Source: an uncultured Phycisphaerales bacterium (GTDB lineage: Bacteria; Planctomycetota; Phycisphaerae; Phycisphaerales; SM1A02). Taken from it: a stretch of DNA of 64,000 bases. Position numbers and translations under genes: made by a program. Below, piece by piece: positions 28,282 to 37,458 of this stretch (position 1 is the first letter of the stretch; each line of letters starts with the position of its first letter). The notes under the pieces are model-generated. The model ran no database searches. It worked only from the letters and a program-made list of their open reading frames with translations, and was not told the origin of the DNA. The stretch spans positions 64,001-128,000 of the forward strand of contig CALKEP010000022.1 in the NCBI GenBank assembly GCA_938084645.1. Direction: 5' to 3'.

Positions 28282-28354
28282 TGATTCCGCTGGGGCTCGA
28301 ACCCAGGACCTGGCGATTAAAAGTCGCATGCTCTACCAACTGAGCTACGGAATC
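28282..28354 (-). tRNA. tRNA-Lys(UUU); CCA not encoded
   Basis: GATTCCG/CGGAATC acceptor stem, TAGCTCAGTTGGTAGAGC D-arm, CT-TTT-AA anticodon loop, CTGGG-TTCGAGC-CCCAG T-arm. Confidence 0.96.
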
Positions 28355-28754
28355 CCGAGTCCCAAAGTGTAGTGGAGTCCGCGTTGAAAGTTCGCGACTC
28401 GTCGTCGGATCCGGAAATCGTCCACAGCAGGCCTGCGGAGGCGAGGCTCCATGGAGGATGGTCGCTGGAGGCGGGTCGTTCGGTTCGAATCCTGATGCTG
28501 GTCCTTCGAGCGGCTCCACCCGGCCCGCCCGGCATCTTCGAGGGGCCAGCCGGCTGGCCTTGTTGAAGTGGTTATCAGACCTTGCGGGCGTTGATCATGC
28601 GTGTTGGGGAAGGATCAGGGGGGGGTGGAGGCCGAGTTTCCGGCGGCATGATCGGCATGAAGTGACAAATCCCGAGAGTCCGGCTGAATCGCCCCTCCGA
28701 GGCGGCCGATGGCTCTCTCGCGGCAGAACGAATCGCCGCGCGGAGACCACGACC

Positions 28755-30158
28755 ATGTCCACCAGTCCTTCCCATCGTCCTGCCTCGCCCGCCGTCCCCC
28801 GCGGTGTCGGCTCGCTCGTCATGTCCGCGATCGCCGCGATCGGCACGGCGGTCTTCGCCATGCAGCTCGGTGGTTGTGCCACCGAGACCGCGAACGGCAA
28901 CGGCGATCTCGCCGCGGTGAACGCCTCGGCATCCAACGTCGACTCGGAGTCGGGTGCCGCCTGGGCGTCCCCGACCTATCGGGACGGCTGGTACGAGGAC
29001 ACCACGGACACGGGCTGGAACACGCCTGTCACCCCCGCGACGCAGACCGTCGCGTTCGATTCGACCCCCGACGTCAACAGCGGCTGGGTCGAAGCGGATT
29101 CGTCGGGCGACTCGGGGGCGCAGGTCGCGTTCACCGCCACCAATCGACCGGTGGCCGACGCCACCGCCGTCCGGATGAGCATGTTCGCCGACTTCGGAGG
29201 CACCGCCCCGGAGGGCGACTGGAACGGCGGAGAGGGCAACCTCTTCCAGGTCAGTTTCGCGGCCGAGGGTGCTGACTTCGACCCCGACGTCTCGAGCGAC
29301 GGGGAGTGGATCATCTTCGCCTCGACCCAGCACCGCGAGGACGCGGACATCTATCGCAAGACCATCGACGGTCGCGTCGTCACCCAGCTGACTTCCGATC
29401 CCGCCCAGGACGTGATGCCCGAGATCGCGCCGGATGGCCGCAAGGTGGTCTTCACGAGCGATCGCAACGGCAACTGGGACGTCTTCGTGATGTCCGTGGA
29501 CGGTGGCCCCGCCACGCAGATCACCTTCGACGACGCCCATGAACTTCATCCCACGTGGTCCCCCGATGGCAGCCGGCTCTGCTACTGCCGGTTCAACGAC
29601 CGAACGGCGCGTTGGGAACTCTGGACCGTCTCCCTGGAGCGGCCCGGTGTCCGGACCTTCGTCTGCGAGGGCATGTTCCCGCGGTGGTCGCCCGACTCAT
29701 CGACCGACCGGATTCTCTTCCAGCGGGCCCGCCAGCGCGGCAGCCAGCTCTACGGAGTCTGGACCATCGATCTCACCGAAGCCGGTGGCGCGAATCCCAC
29801 GGAAGTCGTCGCCGCCGGCGACGCGGCGATCATGCATCCGACCTGGTCCCCGGACGGCACGCGGATCGCGTTCACGTCGGTCGAACGCCCCGAGGTGTCC
29901 GAGGACGGCATGCCCGTCGAGAGTGACATCTGGGTGATTCAGGCGGACGGCATGGGACGAACGGCCCTGACTTCAGGCGGCTTCCGCAACATGCGACCGA
30001 CCTGGGCAGCCGATGGGCGGGTCTACTTCACCAGCAACCGAGGCGGCCTCGACGTCATCTGGGCGGTCTCAGGGAATGCTCCGGGCGTCTTCGACGCTCC
30101 CGGTGCCATCGCCCCGCAGACGGTCGCGGGTGCCGGCGGGCACGATGACGACCACTGA
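28755..30158 (+). CDS. TolB-like PD40 beta-propeller lipoprotein
   Basis: GGAG RBS; LGGC lipobox; repeats PDVSSDG, PEIAPDG, PTWSPDG, FTSDRNGNWD, FTSNRGG. Confidence 0.85.
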   Translation: MSTSPSHRPASPAVPRGVGSLVMSAIAAIGTAVFAMQLGGCATETANGNGDLAAVNASASNVDSESGAAWASPTYRDGWYEDTTDTGWNTPVTPATQTVAFDSTPDVNSGWVEADSSGDSGAQVAFTATNRPVADATAVRMSMFADFGGTAPEGDWNGGEGNLFQVSFAAEGADFDPDVSSDGEWIIFASTQHREDADIYRKTIDGRVVTQLTSDPAQDVMPEIAPDGRKVVFTSDRNGNWDVFVMSVDGGPATQITFDDAHELHPTWSPDGSRLCYCRFNDRTARWELWTVSLERPGVRTFVCEGMFPRWSPDSSTDRILFQRARQRGSQLYGVWTIDLTEAGGANPTEVVAAGDAAIMHPTWSPDGTRIAFTSVERPEVSEDGMPVESDIWVIQADGMGRTALTSGGFRNMRPTWAADGRVYFTSNRGGLDVIWAVSGNAPGVFDAPGAIAPQTVAGAGGHDDDH

Positions 30159-30392
30159 GCCGAAGCGGCTGCGGCCGCTCGACGATCGATGATTCCGCGG
30201 GGTCGGCCGACAAGGCCGGCCCCGCGGTCTCATTCAGGGGGGTGCGACGGGGTCAGGGGCGGGCCTCGCCTCTCCGAGTGGGACAGATCCTTCTTTTCTG
30301 CCGTTCCGCCGAGAGATCGGCCGATGAAACGGATCGTACGGATGGGAGACATCCGGACGTCGCCCCTCGCGAGGTCACTCAGGCAGGACGCC

Positions 30393-31214
30393 ATGACAAC
30401 CGTATTCGTCTCAGAAAAACGCCCATCACACGGGTGCGGTCGGTGGTTCGAGCGACTCGTGCGATGCGCCATTCGTCCGGTGCTCGTCGCCTCGATCGCC
30501 GGTCCGGTGATCAGCGGCCTTGCCGGCTGCGAGACGACCGAGCGAAAGCTGCAACCGTCCGAGCCGATCATCGCGCCCTATGCCGCGAATCTCGTGGTGG
30601 CCCCCTTCGGCAACGACTCCGGGGTGGTGATCCGCCCCGATCAGCAGGCGTCGGTCTCGGACAAGTTGGTCGTCGCGCTCAACGGCGTGCAGGGGTGGCA
30701 GGCGGTTCCCCTGAACCGCACCCTCGAAGCCATGCGACAGATCGGCCTCGCCGAGATTCGAACGCTCGACGAGGCACGATCGATCCTGCGGCTCATCGGG
30801 GGCGATGGGATCGTGGTGGGAACGATCACGGAATGGAACCCCTACGATCCACCGCGCTTCGGTGCGAACATCCTGCTCGTCGCGGACGAGGACGAGGTCC
30901 AGGAGGCGTTCGAATCCCGGCGTCTCACCGGTCGCACCGGAGACCGCGGCACGGATTCCGATGCCCCCGTGCGCACGCTGACCGACGTGGTCGCCGTCTT
31001 CGACGCCACGAACCACACGGTGCGGGGTCAGGTCCGCGAGTACGCGAAGAGCAACGACGACGTCACGGATGGATTCGATCCCCCCGAGCGCTACTACCTG
31101 ATGGTCTACGACCACTGGCTTGATTTCGCGGCGTCGGAACTGGTGTCGAGCCTCGTCGATCGAGAGCGAGCCCGGGTGAACAACGTCCGGGCCGCCGCCG
31201 CCTCCAGCGACTGA
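30393..31214 (+). CDS. Hypothetical lipoprotein (possible TolB-N/CsgG-like fold)
   Basis: LAGC lipobox; VVAPFGNDSG and DGIVVGTITEWNPYDPP patterns. Confidence 0.7.
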   Translation: MTTVFVSEKRPSHGCGRWFERLVRCAIRPVLVASIAGPVISGLAGCETTERKLQPSEPIIAPYAANLVVAPFGNDSGVVIRPDQQASVSDKLVVALNGVQGWQAVPLNRTLEAMRQIGLAEIRTLDEARSILRLIGGDGIVVGTITEWNPYDPPRFGANILLVADEDEVQEAFESRRLTGRTGDRGTDSDAPVRTLTDVVAVFDATNHTVRGQVREYAKSNDDVTDGFDPPERYYLMVYDHWLDFAASELVSSLVDRERARVNNVRAAAASSD

Positions 31215-31528
31215 CGGCGGGGATCCGTTCGGTGAGATTCCAAGCTCGGTACACGCTCGTCTTCAGCGAGCGGATGTCGAATCGTCCACTCGGGACATCG
31301 AAGATTCATGCGGTGGAGCCCCCTTTTTCGTGCCCTGCGGGGGGTCGGTGAGAGACGAAGACGGATTTTTTCAGAAGTCCGGTAAGGGGACTGAACCCGG
31401 CCCCCTTCCGCGTCGATATCGGAACGGCGAGTCTCGTTATTCGGGCGACGGAATGCCCGGCGAACGAGCGATTCAGAAGCGGTAGCGGACGACCCCTCCA
31501 GGCGTCCCCAGACAAAGGTTCGTACGCG

Positions 31529-32533
31529 ATGACCACTCCACTCCCTCTCGTCCAGCAGTTCCTCGACTACCTCGTGGACGAACGGCATTTCAGTCCCTAC
31601 ACCGCTCGTTGCTACGGCCTCGACCTTCGTCAGTACGGCGAGTTTCTGGCCGAGGAGTACGACGCGAACGCCACTCCCGACGCGGAAGCGGCCGCCCTCG
31701 CGGCCCGCACCGCGTCGATCACCGCGGACGTCGATGAGCACACCGTCTCCGGACTGATGCTCGTGGCGGACGTGGATCGCATCCGGGGTTTCCTCGGCTG
31801 GATGGCCGATCGCGACTATTCCGCGGCGACCACCGCCCGAAAGATCGCCACGCTTCGATCGTTCCACAAGTGGATGGAGAAGCGAAGCCTCATCGAGGCG
31901 AACCCGATGCTCGCGGTCCGGACCCCGAAGCAGGCCAAGCGGCTTCCCAAGGCGGTCTCCGTGGAGCAGATCGAACAACTTCTCGCCGCGCCGGACGACA
32001 CCGTCCTGCTCGGTGCCCGTGATCGTGCCATCCTCGAAACCCTGTATTCCACCGGCATTCGCGTCAGCGAAGTCGTGGGCATCAACCGGGGCGACCTCGA
32101 CGACACCGGCGAAGCGATTCTCATCCGCGGCAAGGGCCGTCGGGAGCGCATGGTTCCGCTGGGTTCGCACGCACTCGCCGCCCTCCGCAACTACGTGAAC
32201 CGGCATGATTCGGAACTCGCGGAGGCCGGCATGAAGGCGGACCCGGATTCACCGCTCTTCGTGAACAAGCATGGTGGTCGCCTCAGCAGCCGCTCGGTGC
32301 GAAGAAAGGTGACGAAGTACCTGGAGCAGGTCGGCCTCGATCCCGAGATCAGCCCGCACACCATTCGCCACAGTTTCGCGACGCACCTGCTCGACAACGG
32401 CGCCGATCTCCGATCGGTCCAGGAACTGCTGGGTCACCAGTCGCTTTCGAGCACGCAGGTCTACACGCATCTCTCGAGTCGTCGGGTCCGGGACTCCTAC
32501 GACAAGGCCCACCCCCGGGCCGAAGCTGGCTGA
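31529..32533 (+). CDS. xerC: Tyrosine recombinase XerC/XerD-type
   Basis: ERHFSPYT, RDRAILETLYSTGIRVSE, GKGRRER, SPHTIRHSFATHLLDNGADLRSVQELLGHQSLSSTQVYTH. Confidence 0.9.
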   Translation: MTTPLPLVQQFLDYLVDERHFSPYTARCYGLDLRQYGEFLAEEYDANATPDAEAAALAARTASITADVDEHTVSGLMLVADVDRIRGFLGWMADRDYSAATTARKIATLRSFHKWMEKRSLIEANPMLAVRTPKQAKRLPKAVSVEQIEQLLAAPDDTVLLGARDRAILETLYSTGIRVSEVVGINRGDLDDTGEAILIRGKGRRERMVPLGSHALAALRNYVNRHDSELAEAGMKADPDSPLFVNKHGGRLSSRSVRRKVTKYLEQVGLDPEISPHTIRHSFATHLLDNGADLRSVQELLGHQSLSSTQVYTHLSSRRVRDSYDKAHPRAEAG

Positions 32534-32560
32534 ACCAGCCGATCGTTCGACGAAATCGAC

Positions 32561-32600
32561 CGACGACGCCCCGCGAACATGCGGGGCGTCGTCGTTTCTC
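32561..32600 (+). terminator. Intrinsic terminator-like hairpin after xerC
   Basis: cgacgacgccccgc-gaacat-gcggggcgtcgtcg perfect 14-bp stem then tttctc. Confidence 0.75.
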
Positions 32601-32660
32601 GTGGATCCGAATGGCCGGTGCAGTGTCGCGATCCGAGGAAGCCACGTCCGCTCGCCGCCG

Positions 32661-33410
32661 TCACGCGATGAGCACGCCGGCGAAGAGCTGCTCCTGTCGC
32701 CACTGCATGCTTTCGGTTCCGCGTTGCCGGATCGCTCGTGGCAGGGCGAGGTGAATGGACGCCGGATCGATCAGCTCGATCTCGTCCGATGTCTCGTGGA
32801 CGCCGAGTCGGAACGCGGCGCCGGCCCAGTCCACGCGGATCGTGCCGCATTCGATGCCTTCGTGGCTTCGAAGTCTCCCGCCGTGACTTCGCGGGTATCG
32901 ACTTGCCGCGGCCAGTTCAAGATCGACCACCTCGCCTCGCAGATCGGCCGGAACGCGAATCGGCTGGTGGATCACGCCGAAGTCGCCGCCGCCGCACGTG
33001 AACGCGATGTGGATGTCCTCGCCGCCATGCCGTACGGCGAAGCAAGGCCCCTTCGGTCGGAGATGCACGACCACGTGGGCGGGATTCTCGAACCGGTTCT
33101 GGTAGTAGACGCGGAGCTCGGCGGCGCCGCTGGAGTCCAGTCTCACCAGGGGCATGAAGCACACGCCATCGGTCTCGTAGTAGATCGACCCGACCGCATC
33201 GGCAAGCTGGTCGTGCAACCGGTCGGTCAGCCAGAGCGCTTTCACCAGGAACCCCCCGAGCCCGATCACGAGCACGAGGCTGACGACCCGTTGAATCCAG
33301 ATGTCGCTGGTCGCGGCGGGGATCGGGCCCGAGGCGAGCCAGGCCCAGATCGACCAGATGGTGATCGCAGCGAAGGCGAGTACCAGAACGAAGTTTCGTT
33401 TCTCGTGCAT
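32661..33410 (-). CDS. Hypothetical protein with two N-terminal transmembrane helices
   Basis: GGAG RBS; two hydrophobic segments then a beta-rich soluble domain. Confidence 0.75.
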   Translation of the reverse strand: MHEKRNFVLVLAFAAITIWSIWAWLASGPIPAATSDIWIQRVVSLVLVIGLGGFLVKALWLTDRLHDQLADAVGSIYYETDGVCFMPLVRLDSSGAAELRVYYQNRFENPAHVVVHLRPKGPCFAVRHGGEDIHIAFTCGGGDFGVIHQPIRVPADLRGEVVDLELAAASRYPRSHGGRLRSHEGIECGTIRVDWAGAAFRLGVHETSDEIELIDPASIHLALPRAIRQRGTESMQWRQEQLFAGVLIA

Positions 33411-33961
33411 GACGATCTCCGGTGCGGTGGCGTCGGTGCCTCGCGGTCGCCTTCACGCCGGTGAGGGAGTGAAGGTGTTGCACGGCCGATCGTCGCGGGA
33501 CGCGGGCGAAGTTCGTCACGAAGGTGAACTCGTCGTCTGGATCCGAAACGAAGGCCACGTCGGATCCTGGTCGTACCGTGGCGCGGCCGTGCAACGGCCG
33601 TGACCTCGAAACGTCGTCGTCTCCTTGTATGGAAGCGTGAATCGAGAAGGCCGCGACACCGCGGCGCGATGAAGGAAGAGCCCGTGAGGTGCTGCACGTA
33701 CTTCAGATGCAGCAGGAACAGCAGCAGGTTGATCGGGTGCTCGACGCACGTACGAGACCCGGAAAGTGCGGTCCTGTCGGCGAATGGAGCCGGCGAGCGG
33801 GAAGGCTCGGTCGCGGGCGATCGACATTCGTCGGCGCTACTCCGGACGCTTCGAGGATACCGTACGTCGATGACGTCCATGCCTTCGGGAATCGTTTTCA
33901 CGAAGTATTGGGTGGTGACGTCGGCGAGTCGCGAAGAAACGAGGCTGGGGACGAGGCCGCG

Positions 33962-34717
33962 ATGAAGAAAAAGGGCAGCGCCGATCCGCCATGGAAGCTC
34001 GTGCTTGGCGATTGCACCACCGAGATGGCGTCGATCGAGTCGGGAAGCATCGACCTCGTCTATGCGGATCCGCCCTTTGCGACGAATCAGGTGCAACGTG
34101 GCCGATCGGCCGTGCAGGCCTACGACGACCGTTGGTCGGGAATCCCCGAGTATCTCGACTTCATGACGACCCGGATCGAGGACATGCATCGGGTGCTCGC
34201 CGAGGACGGAGCGATCCTCTTGCACTGCGACTGGCGGGCCTCGCACCATCTCCGACTGGTTCTGGACCGCGTCTTCGGCCCGGAGCGATTCGTGAACCAC
34301 CTGATCTGGAAGTACGGACTCGGGGGTTCGAGTCCGACGCGATTCGCCCGAAAGCACGACGACATCCTCTACTACGCTCGCGGGGACGACCGCTGGTTCG
34401 ACCCGCCGATGGTCCTCGCAACGAGCCGGAAGATGGCGGGCGAAATGAAGAAGGCGACCGATGTGCTCGATGTTCCCGCGATCAACAACATGGCCGCGGA
34501 ACGGACGGGCTGGCCGACCCAGAAGCCGCTCGCGTTGCTCCGACTGCTGGTCAATGCCTGCGTGCGTCCGGGGGGCGTCGTCCTCGATCCCTTCTGCGGC
34601 AGCGGAACGACGCTCGTCGCGGCGGTGGCGTCCGGCCGTCGGGCGATCGGGATCGATCGCGATCCCACCGCGATCGAGATCGCGCGCGAACGACTCGAGG
34701 CGACGATGCCCGACTGA
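33962..34717 (+). CDS. Site-specific DNA amino-methyltransferase (N6-A/N4-C, beta class), no adjacent endonuclease
   Basis: DLVYADPPF motif IV before WPTQKP..VLDPFCGSGTT motif I. Confidence 0.92.
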   Translation: MKKKGSADPPWKLVLGDCTTEMASIESGSIDLVYADPPFATNQVQRGRSAVQAYDDRWSGIPEYLDFMTTRIEDMHRVLAEDGAILLHCDWRASHHLRLVLDRVFGPERFVNHLIWKYGLGGSSPTRFARKHDDILYYARGDDRWFDPPMVLATSRKMAGEMKKATDVLDVPAINNMAAERTGWPTQKPLALLRLLVNACVRPGGVVLDPFCGSGTTLVAAVASGRRAIGIDRDPTAIEIARERLEATMPD

Positions 34718-34755
34718 GGGTCGAGAGGAAGGCGGGGGCGGGCGGGTTCGGCGAA

Positions 34756-35910
34756 TCAGTCGGCGACCGCGCCGGGAACGATCGCGGCCAGGGTGTCGGA
34801 CCGGTGCGGATCGATCGAGTCCGCGGTGATCGTGAGATGCCCCACCTTTCGAGCGACGCGAGCCGCCTTGCGATAGCCGTGGAACACGGCGTCACCGTTT
34901 CGATGCGAGCCTTCGGTCGCGACGCCTGCCGGATCGACCACGGCGACGCCGGCATCGGCCAGCGCCGAGGGGGAGGGGGAATCCCCGATCGCGTTCAGCA
35001 TGATTCCGTGGCCATGTCGTGCATCGGTCGGGCCGAGGGGGTGCCCGGTCACCGCTCGGACATGGTTCTCGAACTGGTCGGTCTCCGAGAATTCGATCGT
35101 CAGGTGTCCGCTGTTGTGCACCCGGGGGGCGATCTCGTTGGCGAGGACCTCGTCGCCGATCACGAAGAACTCCACGGTGAGGACGCCGACATGGTCGAGG
35201 GCCTCCGCGATGCGGACCGCATGGTCCACCATCGCCGAGCCGGCCCGGGGAGAGACGCCCGGTGCGGGGCACTCGCTTCTTCGGAGGATGCCGGCGGCGT
35301 GCTGGTTTCGAATCGGTGGCCAGGCCTTGGTGGTGCCGTCGACGCCCCGCACCACGAGCACGCTCGCTTCGAGGTCGAAGTCGATCATCGCTTCGAGAAT
35401 CGCCGGTCGACCGCCGATGGCGTCGATCGCGTCGGACGCCGCGTCCGCGTCACGCAGAACGACCTGGCCCTTTCCGTCGTATCCACCATGTCGCGTCTTC
35501 AGGATCGCGGGAGTTCCGATCTGGGTGATGGCCGCCGCGAGCGACGCGACGTCATCGACTGCGTGGAACGGTGGGACTGGAACGCCGTGCTCGGCGAGGA
35601 ATCGTTTCTCGACCAGTCGGTCCTGGGAGGTCTCGAGCGAATTCCATCCCGGCCGGACCGGAATGGTCGCCGCGAGCGATGCGGCCGCGGTCGCCGGAAC
35701 GTTCTCGAATTCATAGGTGATCACGTCACATCGTCGAGCGAGTTCGGCGAGGGCGTCCGGATCGTCGTAGGCGGCGCGAATACGTTCGCCCACCAGGTCG
35801 GCCGTGCACGATTCCGCGGGATCGAGGAAGACGCACTCGATCCCCAGTCGCCGAGCCGCGATTCCGAGCATCCAGCCGAGCTGGCCGCCGCCGAGAATCC
35901 CGAGGGTCAC
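34756..35910 (-). CDS. purK: N5-carboxyaminoimidazole ribonucleotide synthase
   Basis: [59 protein letters not shown] overlaps purE stop. Confidence 0.95.
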   Translation of the reverse strand: MTLGILGGGQLGWMLGIAARRLGIECVFLDPAESCTADLVGERIRAAYDDPDALAELARRCDVITYEFENVPATAAASLAATIPVRPGWNSLETSQDRLVEKRFLAEHGVPVPPFHAVDDVASLAAAITQIGTPAILKTRHGGYDGKGQVVLRDADAASDAIDAIGGRPAILEAMIDFDLEASVLVVRGVDGTTKAWPPIRNQHAAGILRRSECPAPGVSPRAGSAMVDHAVRIAEALDHVGVLTVEFFVIGDEVLANEIAPRVHNSGHLTIEFSETDQFENHVRAVTGHPLGPTDARHGHGIMLNAIGDSPSPSALADAGVAVVDPAGVATEGSHRNGDAVFHGYRKAARVARKVGHLTITADSIDPHRSDTLAAIVPGAVAD

Positions 35911-36443
35911 GAGTTTCTCGCTCCCCCGGTCGGGTCGTCGCCGGGAATCGGGTTCTCGAGCACGCGCTGCGTCTGTTTCCTCCGCCACTCGACGAGCCGG
36001 TTCCGCACCGTCTCGTCCTCGATCGCGATCACCGACGCCGCCAGCAGCCCGGCGTTCGTCGCGCCCGCCTGGCCGATCGCGAGGGTTCCGACCGGGATGC
36101 CGGCGGGCATCTGCACGATCGAGAGCAGCGAGTCCATGCCCGAGAGGGCCTTGGACCGCACCGGCACGCCGAACACGGGGAGATGCGTCTTCGAGGCGAC
36201 CATCCCCGGCAGGTGGGCGGCTCCACCGGCGCCGGCCACGATCACCCGAAGGCCCCGGTCGGCCGCGGACCCTGCGTAGTCGAAGAGGAGGTCCGGGGTC
36301 CGGTGGGCGCTGACGACCCGGCATTCGTGTGGCACGCCGAGCGACTCGAGGGTCTCGGCGGTGTGGGACATGGTCTCCCAGTCGGACTGGGATCCCATGA
36401 TCACGCCGACCAGCGGCGTCGCGACGGTTGCGGCGGTGCTCAT
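35907..36443 (-). CDS. purE: N5-carboxyaminoimidazole ribonucleotide mutase
   Basis: [36 protein letters not shown]. Confidence 0.97.
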   Translation of the reverse strand: MSTAATVATPLVGVIMGSQSDWETMSHTAETLESLGVPHECRVVSAHRTPDLLFDYAGSAADRGLRVIVAGAGGAAHLPGMVASKTHLPVFGVPVRSKALSGMDSLLSIVQMPAGIPVGTLAIGQAGATNAGLLAASVIAIEDETVRNRLVEWRRKQTQRVLENPIPGDDPTGGARNS

Positions 36444-36562
36444 CGCCGAATTCTACCGTCCCGCGGGGCGGAGATCGGATCCCGCTCCGAGACGACGGGG
36501 GCGGCGTTTTCGAGGGTCGGGCGGAGCGTGACCACGGTCGGTGCGAGTAGCATCCGGAACCC

Positions 36563-37414
36563 ATGCCAAGCATCACCATCAACAAGATCGCCGTCGACCT
36601 GATCGAGCAGGAACGATCCTCCTTCCAGCGTTTCGCCGAAATGTCGTTTTCGCAGTGCGTGAACCTGATCCAGATTCCGCAGGAGCGTCGGTACATCTCG
36701 ATGCTTCCGGCCTCGTACGTCCTCCGGCGTCGGGAGGAGGGGGACGCGTGGGACGACCCCATGATGCAGGTCGCGCTCTGGAACCTCCATGATCTCGGGG
36801 TCGCGGAGATGAGCATGTCGATGGCGTCGCCCGAGGGTGGCGGTGATCCCGAGCCGCAGATCCGATTCGATCGGGCCGAGGCGACCGACATGGCCCTCGG
36901 TCGTGACTCGGCGATCAACTTCTCGACGGTGAAGAGCGGGCGCGGTCTGATCGCGGCACTGAACAACGTCATCCACCGGACGTTCCATCTGAACGGCCAG
37001 GAGTTCGAAGTCGGCATCCAGGACCGCGAGCAGGTCGAGAAGTACGCGAAGATGGCCCACGAGATCCGCCAGCCGCAGGAGGGTCTGCTGTTCGCGATCG
37101 CGCGGGTGCTTGCGAGCATGCTCAAGCAGGGCCTCACCGTGGAGGACGTCGAGGTCCGGGCGGGGATGGAGCTCCTGACGAATCTCGGATGCACCGCGAT
37201 CTCGGTCGTCACCGACGAGGATCGGGTCGTGTTCAACGGTTTCAGCGTGATGGCGGGGCTTTCCAGCGGGCTGCTTCAGGGGCTCGAGTGGGAGCAATTG
37301 AAGGAGATCCGGAAGAACGTCGAGATGATGATCGATCAGATCAAGGCTCGCGAGGAGACGCCGGTCGTCCAGAGCATGCCGCGACCGGTCGCGAAGCGAC
37401 GTCGCCGAAACTGA
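36563..37414 (+). CDS. Hypothetical cytoplasmic protein (283 aa)
   Basis: Strong coding-like codon usage; no motif recognised; basic C-terminus KRRRRN. Confidence 0.8.
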   Translation: MPSITINKIAVDLIEQERSSFQRFAEMSFSQCVNLIQIPQERRYISMLPASYVLRRREEGDAWDDPMMQVALWNLHDLGVAEMSMSMASPEGGGDPEPQIRFDRAEATDMALGRDSAINFSTVKSGRGLIAALNNVIHRTFHLNGQEFEVGIQDREQVEKYAKMAHEIRQPQEGLLFAIARVLASMLKQGLTVEDVEVRAGMELLTNLGCTAISVVTDEDRVVFNGFSVMAGLSSGLLQGLEWEQLKEIRKNVEMMIDQIKAREETPVVQSMPRPVAKRRRRN

Positions 37415-37458
37415 TTTCGAAGCCCCGGATCCCCGGTCGGATGCGGTAGCATCGAGCG

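Noticed and set aside
28476..28498. GGTTCGAATCC T-loop-like motif suggesting a second tRNA
   Set aside because: Flanking stem pairs poorly and no D-arm, anticodon arm or acceptor stem could be built
31214..32660. dif site near xerC
   Set aside because: No sequence resembling the XerD arm (TTATGTTAAAT-like) was seen
28282..34717. Integrative element at tRNA-Lys (tyrosine recombinase and DNA methylase nearby)
   Set aside because: The recombinase has housekeeping Xer motifs, lies 3 kb away on the tRNA 5' side, and I saw no duplicated tRNA 3' end (att) or phage/conjugation genes
35860..35900. PurK GGGQLGWM instead of GGGQLGRM as a sign of inactivation
   Set aside because: All other PurK motifs are intact and the gene is coupled to purE; a single substitution is insufficient evidence
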